Shown piece by piece: positions 50,941-60,867 of a stretch of 64,000 nt of DNA. The notes under the pieces are model-generated. The model saw nothing but the letters and a program-made list of their open reading frames with translations. It had not been told where the DNA came from and ran no database searches. A program made the position numbers and the translations under genes. The stretch comes from Bacilli bacterium. Lineage in GTDB: Bacteria; Bacillota_I; Bacilli_A; RF39; UBA660. The DNA is taken from positions 22,150-86,149 of the forward strand of contig JAFRVB010000005.1 of the NCBI GenBank assembly GCA_017441845.1, written 5' to 3'. The first letter of the stretch is position 1, and the number at the start of each line of letters is the position of its first letter.

Positions 50941-51052
50941 GAAGTATTTTACTTCCTTTTTTGTTTTGTCTTTAAAATTAAAGAAAAAAGTTGAATTTTA
51001 AATAAATATTTGCTATACTTTAACTTAGTTAGTGACGAAGGGAGGGATAAAT

Positions 51053-51256
51053 GTGGCTACTAAAGTTGTAGTAAGAGGAAATCTTGATCAAGCTTTGAAG
51101 AAATTTAAGGCAAAAGTTAATAAAGATGGCATCCCTCAAGAGTCTAAAAAACGTGAAGGTTATGATAAACCAGGAGTAAGACGTAGAGCAGCAGAAAAAG
51201 AGGGTAAGAAAAATGCTGCTAGAAGAAATAGAGCAAATAATAGAGATAGAGATTAA
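51053..51256 (+). CDS. rpsU: 30S ribosomal protein S21
   Basis: GTG start after the gaagggaggg RBS; KVVVRGNLDQALKKFK...EGYDKPGVRRR...KKNAARRNR is S21-like. Confidence 0.8.
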   Translation: MATKVVVRGNLDQALKKFKAKVNKDGIPQESKKREGYDKPGVRRRAAEKEGKKNAARRNRANNRDRD

Positions 51257-51328
51257 TTCTTTATCTTTTTTTAATTTATGGTTTTATTTTTTTGAAAAAT
51301 ATTATATACTTATAATAGAGGTGGCATA

Positions 51329-52357
51329 ATGAAGTGTGATAGTTGTGGTAAAACAATTGAAGATGCTAATGCTTTGACATGTCCTTTTTGTAATGCTGAA
51401 TTAAAGTCACCAGAAGAAATAGAAGTTTTGGATGACGAACCAAAAGAAGAATCTGTTCCTGAAGAAACTACTGAAAAAGTAGAGGAATCTACTGAAGAAG
51501 TAGAAGAAGCAAAGGAAGAAAAGGTTGAAGAAGAAGTAGAAGTGAAAGAAGAACCAAAAGTAGAAGAAACTATAGAACCTTCTATTATTTCTAGTGAAGA
51601 AATTTCTATTGACAGTATAGGCGTAGAAAAACCTAAAAAGAAAAAGAATAAAAAGAAAAAAGATAAAGATGCTTCTGAAGAAGAGGAAAATAAAGAGGAA
51701 CCAAAAGAAGAAGTAAAAGAAGAACAAACAGAAGAAAAACCTCAAGAAGAAGAAAAGGTAGAGGAAACTCCTCAAAATGAAGAAAAAGTTCAAGAAGAAC
51801 AAGCAGAAGAAAAATCTAAAGAAGAAGAAAAGGTAGAGGAAATTCCTCAAGAGGAAGTTAAAGAAGAACAAACAGAAGAAAAACCAGCTGAAGAAGAAAA
51901 AACTGATGAAGTTTATGAACCATTTGTTGAAGCAGAAAATGTTGTACCTTTACCACCTAAGAAAACATTAGGTTATAGAATTAAAGATTTCTATCGTAGT
52001 ATGTTTGAAGGTTATGAAAAATTACCTGAAATTAAAGTTGATGATAGAGAGACAAGATTAACTTTAGATAAGATATATGAAAAGACTAGCAAAGAAGCAG
52101 AAGATAAGAAAATTAGTGGTAATGATGTTGCGATAGTATGGTTAGCTTGCTTTGTATTTGCTTTTATAGCGTTCTTTGTACTTACTGCGATATCATTCAT
52201 TATTGACATAATTGTAGGAGATAAGAATAATACATCAATATTGACAGTTATTATTCCTGTATTCCAAATAGGAGTACCTATATTCTTCCTAGCATTTGGA
52301 TGGTTGATAGGTATTGTATACTCTTATATAAAAAGAAATAAAAAAAGAAATAGATAG
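51329..52357 (+). CDS. Zinc-ribbon, acidic-repeat, C-terminal TM protein (hypothetical)
   Basis: N-terminal CxxC...CxxC; about 170 aa of E/K/V-rich repeats (EEKVEE); 2 C-terminal TM segments. Confidence 0.5.
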   Translation: MKCDSCGKTIEDANALTCPFCNAELKSPEEIEVLDDEPKEESVPEETTEKVEESTEEVEEAKEEKVEEEVEVKEEPKVEETIEPSIISSEEISIDSIGVEKPKKKKNKKKKDKDASEEEENKEEPKEEVKEEQTEEKPQEEEKVEETPQNEEKVQEEQAEEKSKEEEKVEEIPQEEVKEEQTEEKPAEEEKTDEVYEPFVEAENVVPLPPKKTLGYRIKDFYRSMFEGYEKLPEIKVDDRETRLTLDKIYEKTSKEAEDKKISGNDVAIVWLACFVFAFIAFFVLTAISFIIDIIVGDKNNTSILTVIIPVFQIGVPIFFLAFGWLIGIVYSYIKRNKKRNR

Positions 52358-52406
52358 TTGAAGAATTATCTATTTTTTTATATAATAAGTTCATGGAGAT
52401 GATAAT

Positions 52407-52850
52407 ATGGTAGAAAAATTAAATAAAGATATGATTGAAGCTATGAAAAACAAAGACAAAGAAAAACTAGCTGTTATTAGAGCTGTTAAAGCTTCAATGG
52501 ATAAAGAAAGAATTGATAAGAAAAGAGAAATTAATGATGATCTATTATTAGACGTTGTAAATAGAGAAGTTAAAATGAGAAAAGAATCTATTGAAGAATT
52601 CAAAAAAGGTAATAGAGAAGATTTAATTAAAGCAACTGAAGCTGAATTAGAAATATTAAAAGGATACTTACCTGAACAATTGGATATGGCTGAAGTAGAA
52701 AAAATAATTGATGAAATATTTGCTGAAGTTAAACCAACTGGTCAAAAAGATATGGGATTAGTTATGAAAGAAGCTACTGCCAAACTAAAAGGTAAGACTG
52801 ATATGAAAGAAGTAAGTAATATTATAAGAACTAAGTTATCTGAACTTTAG
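52407..52850 (+). CDS. yqeY: GatB/YqeY-domain protein
   Basis: Similar to Bacillus YqeY; rpsU-yqeY linkage is conserved. Confidence 0.75.
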   Translation: MVEKLNKDMIEAMKNKDKEKLAVIRAVKASMDKERIDKKREINDDLLLDVVNREVKMRKESIEEFKKGNREDLIKATEAELEILKGYLPEQLDMAEVEKIIDEIFAEVKPTGQKDMGLVMKEATAKLKGKTDMKEVSNIIRTKLSEL

Positions 52851-52914
52851 TTCTTTTTCTTTGATTGAAAATATCTTACTTTTAGAGTAAAATATAAGTG
52901 GTAGGAGAAAATAT

Positions 52915-53526
52915 ATGAATCAATATTTTACTAATACAGTTCATGATATAATCAACAGTACTTTACCTATGGTAATTGTTACTGTTATTGTGCTGGTTAC
53001 AATTAGATTAATATATTTATTAAAGAATAAAGAACATATTACATGGTATAAAGAGATATTTATGTTAACTTTTGTAGTTTATATATTATGTTTGTTCCAA
53101 ATAGTTACTGTTCAAGATACAGTTTCTTGGTCTACTAATAACTTTGTACCATTTAAAGAAATACTGAGATATGATATAGGATCTGCACTATTCTTTAAGA
53201 ATATTATTGGAAATATATTATTATTTTTACCTTTTGGTTTCTTTGTAGGTTATATAATTAAAAGTAAAGATATAATATTACCATTAATTATTTGTATTGT
53301 ATGTAGTATTAGTGTTGAAACTGTACAATTATATATTGGAAGAGTATTTGATGTGGATGATATTATTTTAAATGTAATAGGTGGTCTTGCCGGATACTTT
53401 GTTTATAGAATAGTACATAGTTTTGCTGCTAAGTTACCTAAAGCATTTAGAAGTGAAATATTCTTAAATATTATTACAATTGCTTTGTTTATAGGAATTA
53501 CATATTTATTAATTGTTTTATTGTAG
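52915..53526 (+). CDS. VanZ-like family membrane protein
   Basis: 4-5 TM segments; VFDVDDIILNVIGGLAGY motif. Confidence 0.55.
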   Translation: MNQYFTNTVHDIINSTLPMVIVTVIVLVTIRLIYLLKNKEHITWYKEIFMLTFVVYILCLFQIVTVQDTVSWSTNNFVPFKEILRYDIGSALFFKNIIGNILLFLPFGFFVGYIIKSKDIILPLIICIVCSISVETVQLYIGRVFDVDDIILNVIGGLAGYFVYRIVHSFAAKLPKAFRSEIFLNIITIALFIGITYLLIVLL

Positions 53527-53533
53527 GAGGATT

Positions 53534-53980
53534 ATGAATAAGATTGAAGTTTTTAATGAAACTAAGGAATCCATTGACGTAGATGATATCATTGCCGTAC
53601 TTGAGATGGGTTGTAATGAAGAGAATCTTGTGGATGTTAGTTTTAATGTTATTATTGTTGATAATGAGTATATTCATAAGATAAATAAAGAATATAGAAA
53701 TATAGATAAAGAAACTGATGTTATTACTTTTGCATTAGAAGATGAAGATAGTGTAGTATTACCAGGAGATGAGAGAATACTTGGTGATATTTATATATCT
53801 ATAGATAAAGTTAAGTCACAAGCAAAAGAATATGGTCATAGTGAAAAAAGAGAATTATTGTTTTTAGTGATACATGGTTTTTATCATTTATTAGGTTATG
53901 ATCATAATACTGAAGAAGAAGAAAGAATAATGTTTGATAAACAAGAAAAGGTGTTGAGTGAGTATGGGATTAATAGATAA
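53534..53980 (+). CDS. ybeY: Endoribonuclease YbeY
   Basis: HGFYHLLGYDH metal-binding motif; ATG after the aggagg RBS. Confidence 0.85.
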   Translation: MNKIEVFNETKESIDVDDIIAVLEMGCNEENLVDVSFNVIIVDNEYIHKINKEYRNIDKETDVITFALEDEDSVVLPGDERILGDIYISIDKVKSQAKEYGHSEKRELLFLVIHGFYHLLGYDHNTEEEERIMFDKQEKVLSEYGINR

Positions 53981-54389
53981 AATATTTAATAAAAAAGTTA
54001 AAAGAAATAAAGATTCAGGCACAGTATTAGAAAGATATTGGAAGAGTTTTAAACATGCTTTATCTGGTATTTGGTATGGTATTAGATTTGAGCATAATAT
54101 GATTATTATAATTATTTGTACTATTATTGCAGTGATTTTAGGATTTGATTTAAAAATCAATTCTGGAGAATGGTTATTCATAGTATTTATTTGTGGAGCA
54201 ATAGCTGCTTGTGAAATGATTAATTCTTCTATAGAAGCTATAGTAGATTTAATCACTACTGAGTATCATGAATTAGCAAAAATAGCTAAAGATACTGCTT
54301 CAGCAGCATCTCTAATACTTTGTATAGTTGCGTTAATAGGTGGATTAATAATCTTTCTACCTAAGATATTGATGATGCTAGGAGGTTAA
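53958..54389 (+). CDS. dgkA: Diacylglycerol/undecaprenol kinase (DgkA family)
   Basis: 3 TM segments; sequence and size typical of DagK. Confidence 0.75.
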   Translation: MSMGLIDKIFNKKVKRNKDSGTVLERYWKSFKHALSGIWYGIRFEHNMIIIIICTIIAVILGFDLKINSGEWLFIVFICGAIAACEMINSSIEAIVDLITTEYHELAKIAKDTASAASLILCIVALIGGLIIFLPKILMMLGG

Positions 54390-54390
54390 G

Positions 54391-54774
54391 ATGAAGGATA
54401 AATTATTAGAATTACATAAGAATAGTTATAGTCCATATTTTCATTATCCTGTTAGTGCAATAGTTGTGATGAAAGATGGAAGTGAGTTCTCTGGAGTAAA
54501 TGTAGAAAACGCTAATGGTACTTCTATTTGTGCTGAAAGAAATGCTATTCATAATGCTATAGCTTCAGGATATAAAAAAGGTGATTTTAAAGAAATAAAT
54601 GTAATGACTAGAGATGAGTTACCTTCAACTCCATGTTTTGCATGTCGTCAAGTTATGTTAGAGTTTTTTGATAAAAATGATATTGTAAGATGTTATGGTA
54701 CTAGTGGAGAATATAGAGAATTTACTATTGACGAGTTGTGTCCATATCCTTTTAGTGAGGATGATTTACAATGA
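54391..54774 (+). CDS. cdd: Cytidine deaminase
   Basis: CAERNAI and PCFACRQ zinc-binding motifs. Confidence 0.85.
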   Translation: MKDKLLELHKNSYSPYFHYPVSAIVVMKDGSEFSGVNVENANGTSICAERNAIHNAIASGYKKGDFKEINVMTRDELPSTPCFACRQVMLEFFDKNDIVRCYGTSGEYREFTIDELCPYPFSEDDLQ

Positions 54775-55661
54775 AATGTGGATATGTAAGTATAATTGGT
54801 AGACCAAACGTAGGAAAGTCTACTTTATTGAATGATTTAATAGGAGAGAAGTTAGCTATTACTTCTGATGTTTCTGGTACCACTAGAAATATTATTAATG
54901 GTATTTATAATGATGAAGAAGCTCAAATAGTATTTATAGATACTCCTGGAGTCCATAAACCACATAATCAACTAGAAAAGATCATGAATAGAAAAAGTTA
55001 TAATAACTTTGATGATGTTGATGTAATACTATTTATGATTGATGCGAAGAGTGGTTTTGGTAGAGGAGATATCTTTATATTAGAACGTATTAAAGATAAA
55101 GGTATTCCTATAATTGCTTTATTAAATAAAATAGATTTAATTAAAGATAAAGAAAAATTATTAAAAACAATAGACTCTGTAAAAGATGAATATAATTTTG
55201 AAGAGATTATACCTATAAGTGCAGGTAAAAATAATTTGTATGATTTAGTTAAAAGTATTAAGAAGTATTTACCTGAAAGTGAAAAGATATTTAGTGATGA
55301 TGAGATGACTAATGTATCTTTAAAATTTATGATGGCTGAATATGTAAGAGAAAAGATACTTTTACTTACTCATGATGAAATACCTCATACAGTATCTTGT
55401 TATTGTGAAGAATATGATGATAATGGTAAAAGTGTAGATATTAAAGTTTTAATAGTAGTAGAACGTGATAATTTGAAAAAGATTATTATTGGTAAGAATG
55501 GATCTATGTTAAAAGAGATAGGTATTGAAGCTAGACAAGATATGGAGAAATTCTTAAATAAAAAAGTATATTTAGAAACTTATGTTAAAACTTTAAAAAA
55601 TTGGAGAGATGAGACTAAATATTTAAAAGAATTAGGACTTGATTTAGATGAAAATAATTGA
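54771..55661 (+). CDS. era: GTPase Era
   Basis: GRPNVGKSTLLN G1 motif, DTPG, NKID, and a C-terminal KH domain. Confidence 0.9.
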   Translation: MKCGYVSIIGRPNVGKSTLLNDLIGEKLAITSDVSGTTRNIINGIYNDEEAQIVFIDTPGVHKPHNQLEKIMNRKSYNNFDDVDVILFMIDAKSGFGRGDIFILERIKDKGIPIIALLNKIDLIKDKEKLLKTIDSVKDEYNFEEIIPISAGKNNLYDLVKSIKKYLPESEKIFSDDEMTNVSLKFMMAEYVREKILLLTHDEIPHTVSCYCEEYDDNGKSVDIKVLIVVERDNLKKIIIGKNGSMLKEIGIEARQDMEKFLNKKVYLETYVKTLKNWRDETKYLKELGLDLDENN

Positions 55662-56385
55662 TATTGATGGAATAGTATTAACTGAAACTAATTATTCTGA
55701 AAGCTCTAAGATATTAAATGTATTAACTAAAGATTTAGGATTAATTGGTGTTATGAGTAAAGGTTCTCGTAATATGAAAAGTAAATTACGTGGAGTTAGT
55801 CGTAAGATGATTTATGGTACTTTTCATATTTATTATAAAGAAAATGGTCTATCTACTTTAATAGGAGTAGATGTTAAAAATACTTATAATAATATATTAT
55901 CTGATTTATCTAAAATTTCTTATGCAACATACTTATTAGATTTAACTAAACAAGTATTAAGAGAAACTGAGGATACAAGTATCTATGATTTATTAATTAG
56001 TACTCTTAATAAGATTGAAGAAGATTTTGATCCTACAGTGTTAACTAATATATTAGAATTAAAATATTTAGATTTTTTAGGAGTTAGTCCTAATCTAGAT
56101 AGATGTAGTTTCTGTGGTAGTAGTGATGATATAGTTACTTTATCTAGTTCTAGTGGAGGATTAGTTTGTGGTTCTTGTTTAACTGATGAAAGATTAGTTA
56201 ATAAAAAGATTATTCAAATGATTAGAATGTACTATTATGTAGATATTGATAGAATTACTAAATTAGATGTTTCTGATGATGTAAAAAAAGAAATAAATAT
56301 CTTTTTAGATGATTATTATGATAGGTATACAGGACTTTACTTAAAGACTAGAGAATTTATGAAAAAAGTAAATATACTAACTTGA
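55648..56385 (+). CDS. recO: DNA repair protein RecO
   Basis: Size; zinc motif CSFCGS...CGSC; position after era as in Bacillus. Confidence 0.75.
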   Translation: MKIIDIDGIVLTETNYSESSKILNVLTKDLGLIGVMSKGSRNMKSKLRGVSRKMIYGTFHIYYKENGLSTLIGVDVKNTYNNILSDLSKISYATYLLDLTKQVLRETEDTSIYDLLISTLNKIEEDFDPTVLTNILELKYLDFLGVSPNLDRCSFCGSSDDIVTLSSSSGGLVCGSCLTDERLVNKKIIQMIRMYYYVDIDRITKLDVSDDVKKEINIFLDDYYDRYTGLYLKTREFMKKVNILT

Positions 56386-56414
56386 TAAAAAAATATATAA
56401 ATGATAAAATATGC

Positions 56415-56540
56415 TTATAAATGTGATGACGAAAAGTGGCGTTTTCCGAGCAATATACTAATTAAGGGATTCAATAGAATAAGTAAGGTGGAACCGCGGG
56501 AATACTCGTCCTTACGCTTGTCTTTTGAGTTCTTTTTTTT
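56415..56540 (+). promoter_or_regulatory. T-box riboswitch leader (probably Gly-specific) upstream of the LOG / serine hydrolase / glyQS genes
   Basis: T-box sequence AAGTAAGGTGGAACCGCGGGAA; GA motif gtgatgacg; T-run 56532-56540. Confidence 0.65.
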
Positions 56541-56549
56541 GGAGGTCTT

Positions 56550-57065
56550 ATGAAAATATTTGTTGGATGTACTTCAAGTGAAAATATAAAGGATAGTTAT
56601 AAAGAAGAAGTAAAGAAAATAGCATCATTTTTAGCTAAAAATTATGATTTAATAATTGGTGGTGTTAATAATGATGGAGTTTTTGGCATACTTATAGATG
56701 AATTTAAAGATAAAAATATTGATTTAATAACTTTACCTATATATAAAGAAGATTATGATAAAAATATTAATTGTACTTATGTAGATACTACTTTTGATAG
56801 AACTAAAACTTGTTATAAAATGGCTGATAAAGTATTAATATTACCTGGAGGTACTGGTACTATCTGTGAAATATTTTCTATTTTAGAAGAGTCTCGTACT
56901 TTTGATGGTAAAGAGATAATTATCTTTAATTTAGATAATTATTATGCTAATACTTTAGAGATGATAGTAGATGCAGTTAAACATAAATTTAATGATATGA
57001 GTATTTTAGATAGAATTAAAGTATTTAATACTAGTGATGATTTAATTAAATATTTAGGGGGATAA
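56550..57065 (+). CDS. LOG-family (TIGR00730, YvdD-like) nucleotide-binding protein
   Basis: LPGGTGTICEIF (PGGxGTxxE) motif. Confidence 0.65.
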   Translation: MKIFVGCTSSENIKDSYKEEVKKIASFLAKNYDLIIGGVNNDGVFGILIDEFKDKNIDLITLPIYKEDYDKNINCTYVDTTFDRTKTCYKMADKVLILPGGTGTICEIFSILEESRTFDGKEIIIFNLDNYYANTLEMIVDAVKHKFNDMSILDRIKVFNTSDDLIKYLGG

Positions 57066-57067
57066 AT

Positions 57068-58405
57068 ATGAATTATATAAAGTTAATGGATAACTTTTTA
57101 GATGATGTTAAAGAAGATTATCCATATATTAACAGTAGTTATATAAGAGAAGTTTGTAGTAAGATAATTCCTATTATTTATGTAAATAAAGATGCAGATG
57201 AATATGAAATAATAGATAGAATTATTCAAGATGATTTAGATTATGTTAATGAAATTTTTTCTAAAAATATAGTTCCTGGATATACTATCGGTATTAATGA
57301 AGGTAATATTAATATTAAGTATTTTGGTGGTAAGATAGATTCAAATAACTTGATGACAGAGAACACTTTATTTGATATAGCTTCTATGTCTAAGATGTAT
57401 ACTCAAGTTATTTTATATAATTTAATTAAAGATGGTTATTTTGATTTAGATGATAATATTTATGATTTAGATAATAGATTTGTTAATTTAAAGGATGTTA
57501 CTGTTCGTGAATTAATGAGTTTTAGTATAGATTTATTTACACCTGGTAATATGACTTTAATGGAGAATGTTGATGATGCTAAAGAAGCACTATTTAATAT
57601 AGGAGTTAAGTCTCGAGGGAAATATGTTTATAGTGATTTTGGATTAATGATCATGAAAGAAGTGGCTGAAAAAGTTACTGGTAAAACTTATAAAGAGTTA
57701 TTGAAAGAATTAGGATTAAAAGAAACAGTTGTTGATGAATTGGATAAATATACTATTACTGGTAGTGCTAATCAAGATAAATTAGCAGTTAATGATCCTA
57801 AGGCTATTTCAGTAGGTGGATATTCTGGTCATGCTGGTATATTTGCTAGTAGTGATGGAATAATAGATTTTTATAAGAAAACACAAGATGGAATATTACT
57901 TGATAAAGAAGGACTTAGTTGGGCAACAGAGGCTAATGAGTTAGTTGATAATAGAGGTAAGTTATTTGGAAATACTTTTGTTATTGTTAAAGAAGGATTA
58001 AAAAATTCATTTGTTGATAACTTATCACCTAGAGGCAGTTATGCTACTCAAGGTAGTACAAGAACTCAAGGAGTTGCTACTCCTACGGGAGCTAGTACAG
58101 TTCTAACTAATCCAGCTAGTATTTCTTTAGAAGAGGCAATAGAGTTTGAAAATAGATTTAATGAAAAATTAATTAAACAAGGTAAAAATCCTCAAACTTT
58201 TGTTAAAAATCTTAAGTTTAATAGAGATGGTATAGAAGAGATTTATCATATGATAGATGCTAGACGAATGATTGATTTAGATAATATTACTCATATGAAT
58301 GCTATTACTAGTTTAAGATTAAGATTTTTAAATAATTATTTTAAAGTAATGGATAGTAATAGAGAAATAGATATCGTTAAAAATATGAATAGGAGGACTA
58401 AATAA
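57068..58405 (+). CDS. Beta-lactamase/transpeptidase-fold serine hydrolase (class C-like esterase or PBP-like)
   Basis: SMSK (SxxK), YSD and HAG motifs. Confidence 0.6.
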   Translation: MNYIKLMDNFLDDVKEDYPYINSSYIREVCSKIIPIIYVNKDADEYEIIDRIIQDDLDYVNEIFSKNIVPGYTIGINEGNINIKYFGGKIDSNNLMTENTLFDIASMSKMYTQVILYNLIKDGYFDLDDNIYDLDNRFVNLKDVTVRELMSFSIDLFTPGNMTLMENVDDAKEALFNIGVKSRGKYVYSDFGLMIMKEVAEKVTGKTYKELLKELGLKETVVDELDKYTITGSANQDKLAVNDPKAISVGGYSGHAGIFASSDGIIDFYKKTQDGILLDKEGLSWATEANELVDNRGKLFGNTFVIVKEGLKNSFVDNLSPRGSYATQGSTRTQGVATPTGASTVLTNPASISLEEAIEFENRFNEKLIKQGKNPQTFVKNLKFNRDGIEEIYHMIDARRMIDLDNITHMNAITSLRLRFLNNYFKVMDSNREIDIVKNMNRRTK

Positions 58406-59784
58406 TGAAAGATTTAACTATGGAGAAAATAGTAAATTATTGTAAGCAATATGGTTTTATATTCCAAGGAAGTGAAATATATGGAGGACTTGCTAATAGT
58501 TGGGATTATGGACCATTAGGAAAAGAAATAAAAGAAAATATTAAGAAAGCTTGGTGGACTAAATTTATTCAAGAAGAAAAGAATAGTTTTGGTCTAGATG
58601 CTGCTATCATTATGAATCCAGAAGTATGGGTAGCATCAGGTCATGTAGCGTCTTTTGCTGATCCATTAATTGATTGTAAAGCTTGTAAGGCTAGACATAG
58701 AGCAGATCAATTAATAGAAGAGTTTACTAAAGGAAAAGAAACTGGTGATGGATGGTCTAATGATAAATTAGAGAAATTTATTGCTGATAATAAGATTGCT
58801 TGTCCTAAATGTGGTAAAAGTGATTTTACTGAGATTAGAAAATTCAATTTACTTTTTGAAACTCATATAGGTGTTACTGAAGATTCTCAATCTAAAGTAT
58901 ATTTAAGAGGAGAAACTGCTCAAGGTATATTTGTTAATTTTAATAATGTTTTGAGAACTCAAAGAGCTAAAATACCTTTTGGTATAGGTCAAATTGGTAA
59001 AGCTTTTAGAAATGAAATTACTCCTGGTAACTTTATTTTCAGAACTCGTGAGTTTGAACAAATGGAGTATGAGTTCTTCTGTAAACCTGATACTGATTTA
59101 GAATGGCATGCTTACTGGAAGAAAAAATGTTTAGACTTTTTAGAACAATTAGGTTTAAAAGATGAGAATTTAAGATATAGAGATCATCAAAAAGAAGAAT
59201 TATCTTTCTATAGTAAAGCTACTACAGATATTGAATATAATTATCCTATGGGATGGGGAGAATTATGGGGTATTGCTGATAGAACTGATTATGATTTATC
59301 AGTACACGAAAAACACTCTGGTGTTGATCAAAAATACTTAGATCCTGAAACTAGCGAAAAATATGTTCCTTATGTAGTAGAACCTAGTGTAGGAGTAGAT
59401 AGATTATTCTTAGCAGTACTTTGTGATGCATATGATGTTGAAGATTTAGGTGATGGAGATTCTAGAGAAATACTTAGAATATTACCTAGTTTAGCTCCTT
59501 ATAAAGTATCTGTTTTACCTTTAGCTAAGAAATATCATAGTGATAAAGCAGATGAGATTTATCAAATGTTAAATAAACATTTCATGGTTAGTTATGATGA
59601 TACTGGATCTATTGGTAAAAGATATAGGAGAGCTGATGCGATTGGTACACCTTGGTGTATTACAATCGATGATGAAACTATTAATAATGGTACAGTAACT
59701 GTTAGAGATAGAGATACAATGGAACAAGTAACAATCAAAGTAGATGAGATTATTGATTATATAAAAGAAAGAATTAAATTTTAA
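58405..59784 (+). CDS. glyQS: Glycyl-tRNA synthetase (alpha2 dimeric GlyQS form)
   Basis: Class II GlyRS N-terminus YGFIFQGSEIYGGLANSWDYGPLG; anticodon-binding C-terminus. Confidence 0.85.
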   Translation: MKDLTMEKIVNYCKQYGFIFQGSEIYGGLANSWDYGPLGKEIKENIKKAWWTKFIQEEKNSFGLDAAIIMNPEVWVASGHVASFADPLIDCKACKARHRADQLIEEFTKGKETGDGWSNDKLEKFIADNKIACPKCGKSDFTEIRKFNLLFETHIGVTEDSQSKVYLRGETAQGIFVNFNNVLRTQRAKIPFGIGQIGKAFRNEITPGNFIFRTREFEQMEYEFFCKPDTDLEWHAYWKKKCLDFLEQLGLKDENLRYRDHQKEELSFYSKATTDIEYNYPMGWGELWGIADRTDYDLSVHEKHSGVDQKYLDPETSEKYVPYVVEPSVGVDRLFLAVLCDAYDVEDLGDGDSREILRILPSLAPYKVSVLPLAKKYHSDKADEIYQMLNKHFMVSYDDTGSIGKRYRRADAIGTPWCITIDDETINNGTVTVRDRDTMEQVTIKVDEIIDYIKERIKF

Positions 59785-59828
59785 TTCTTCTTTTTTTATG
59801 GTATAATATTTCTGCTTACAGAGAAAGG

Positions 59829-60275
59829 ATGAGTAAAATGAAAAAATGTAATTATCCAGTAAAATATGCTTTACTTCCAATAAAAGAAATGAGACCTGAT
59901 AGAGTAGGTAAAGAACATTTAACTTTTGTCTGTTATATAGTTGCTAAAGCATATGTATTAGAAGAATATAAAAGATACAATAATGAAGGTAATATTACTA
60001 TGTCTTATAAAGTATGTTTTCCATACGTAGTTTTATCTGATACAGTTAATACTTTTAGAAAAGATCCAGATTCTCCTTTAGCGAGAGATAATGAAAAAGT
60101 AGTATCTAGATTATTTGATAATTATGAAGATGCCGTAGCTGATAAAGAAAGAAGAAATGTTTTTATATCACAAGAAGTACTTGATAAATATAAATTATTT
60201 GAAGATCAAATATTACGTTTAACTTCTGATTTAAATGTTAAAGGTGAAAGTAAGACAAAAACACTTGAAAAATAA
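59829..60275 (+). CDS. Hypothetical protein
   Basis: ORF with RBS; the start may instead be the ATG at 59838. Confidence 0.4.
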   Translation: MSKMKKCNYPVKYALLPIKEMRPDRVGKEHLTFVCYIVAKAYVLEEYKRYNNEGNITMSYKVCFPYVVLSDTVNTFRKDPDSPLARDNEKVVSRLFDNYEDAVADKERRNVFISQEVLDKYKLFEDQILRLTSDLNVKGESKTKTLEK

Positions 60276-60333
60276 GAAAATGCAATTGTTTTCTTATTTT
60301 TTTATGTTATAATAATTTTCGGAGGGTTTTTAT

Positions 60334-60861
60334 ATGGCGAGAAAGTTTATGGATATTACAAAAGCAGGATGTGCAATTAAAATATTGGTCTCTAATATAG
60401 AAGGAAAAGAATATGCTTTTACTCATGTACCTGTTAATATTAAAACAAGTTCAGGACTAGATTCTTATGAAATATTACTACTTTATCCAAAAGATAAAGA
60501 AGAAGAGATGTTAGCTGAGGTTAATAAAAAGTTTGAGAAGCATGATGTTGGAGGTTTACTAGAACCAAGTGAAAACTATGTACAATTAGCTTTCTTTGAA
60601 GCTGATGAATTACCTTTTTATAAACGTAAAATTACTTTTTCTACAGAATTTGAACCTATCAAAAAAGGGGAAATGGTTTCTTGTATAGTAGATTCTAAAT
60701 TTAATTATATTGATGAAGTTATGAATAGATGGTTTGCTTTTGATGAAAAACTTGAAGTTCATAAAGATGATGATATCTATCAATATATAGATTGTATATC
60801 TAAAAAAAGAGAGAAGAAAGAGAAATTTGTAAAGAGATTATTTAAGTCTAAAAAAGACTAG
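60334..60861 (+). CDS. Hypothetical protein
   Basis: ORF with a ggagggt RBS. Confidence 0.4.
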   Translation: MARKFMDITKAGCAIKILVSNIEGKEYAFTHVPVNIKTSSGLDSYEILLLYPKDKEEEMLAEVNKKFEKHDVGGLLEPSENYVQLAFFEADELPFYKRKITFSTEFEPIKKGEMVSCIVDSKFNYIDEVMNRWFAFDEKLEVHKDDDIYQYIDCISKKREKKEKFVKRLFKSKKD

Positions 60862-60867
60862 TATTTG

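Noticed and set aside
51407-51871. 154-aa minus-strand ORF rich in Phe
   Set aside because: It is the antisense of the GAA/AAA-rich acidic repeat region of the zinc-ribbon protein and has no coding signal.
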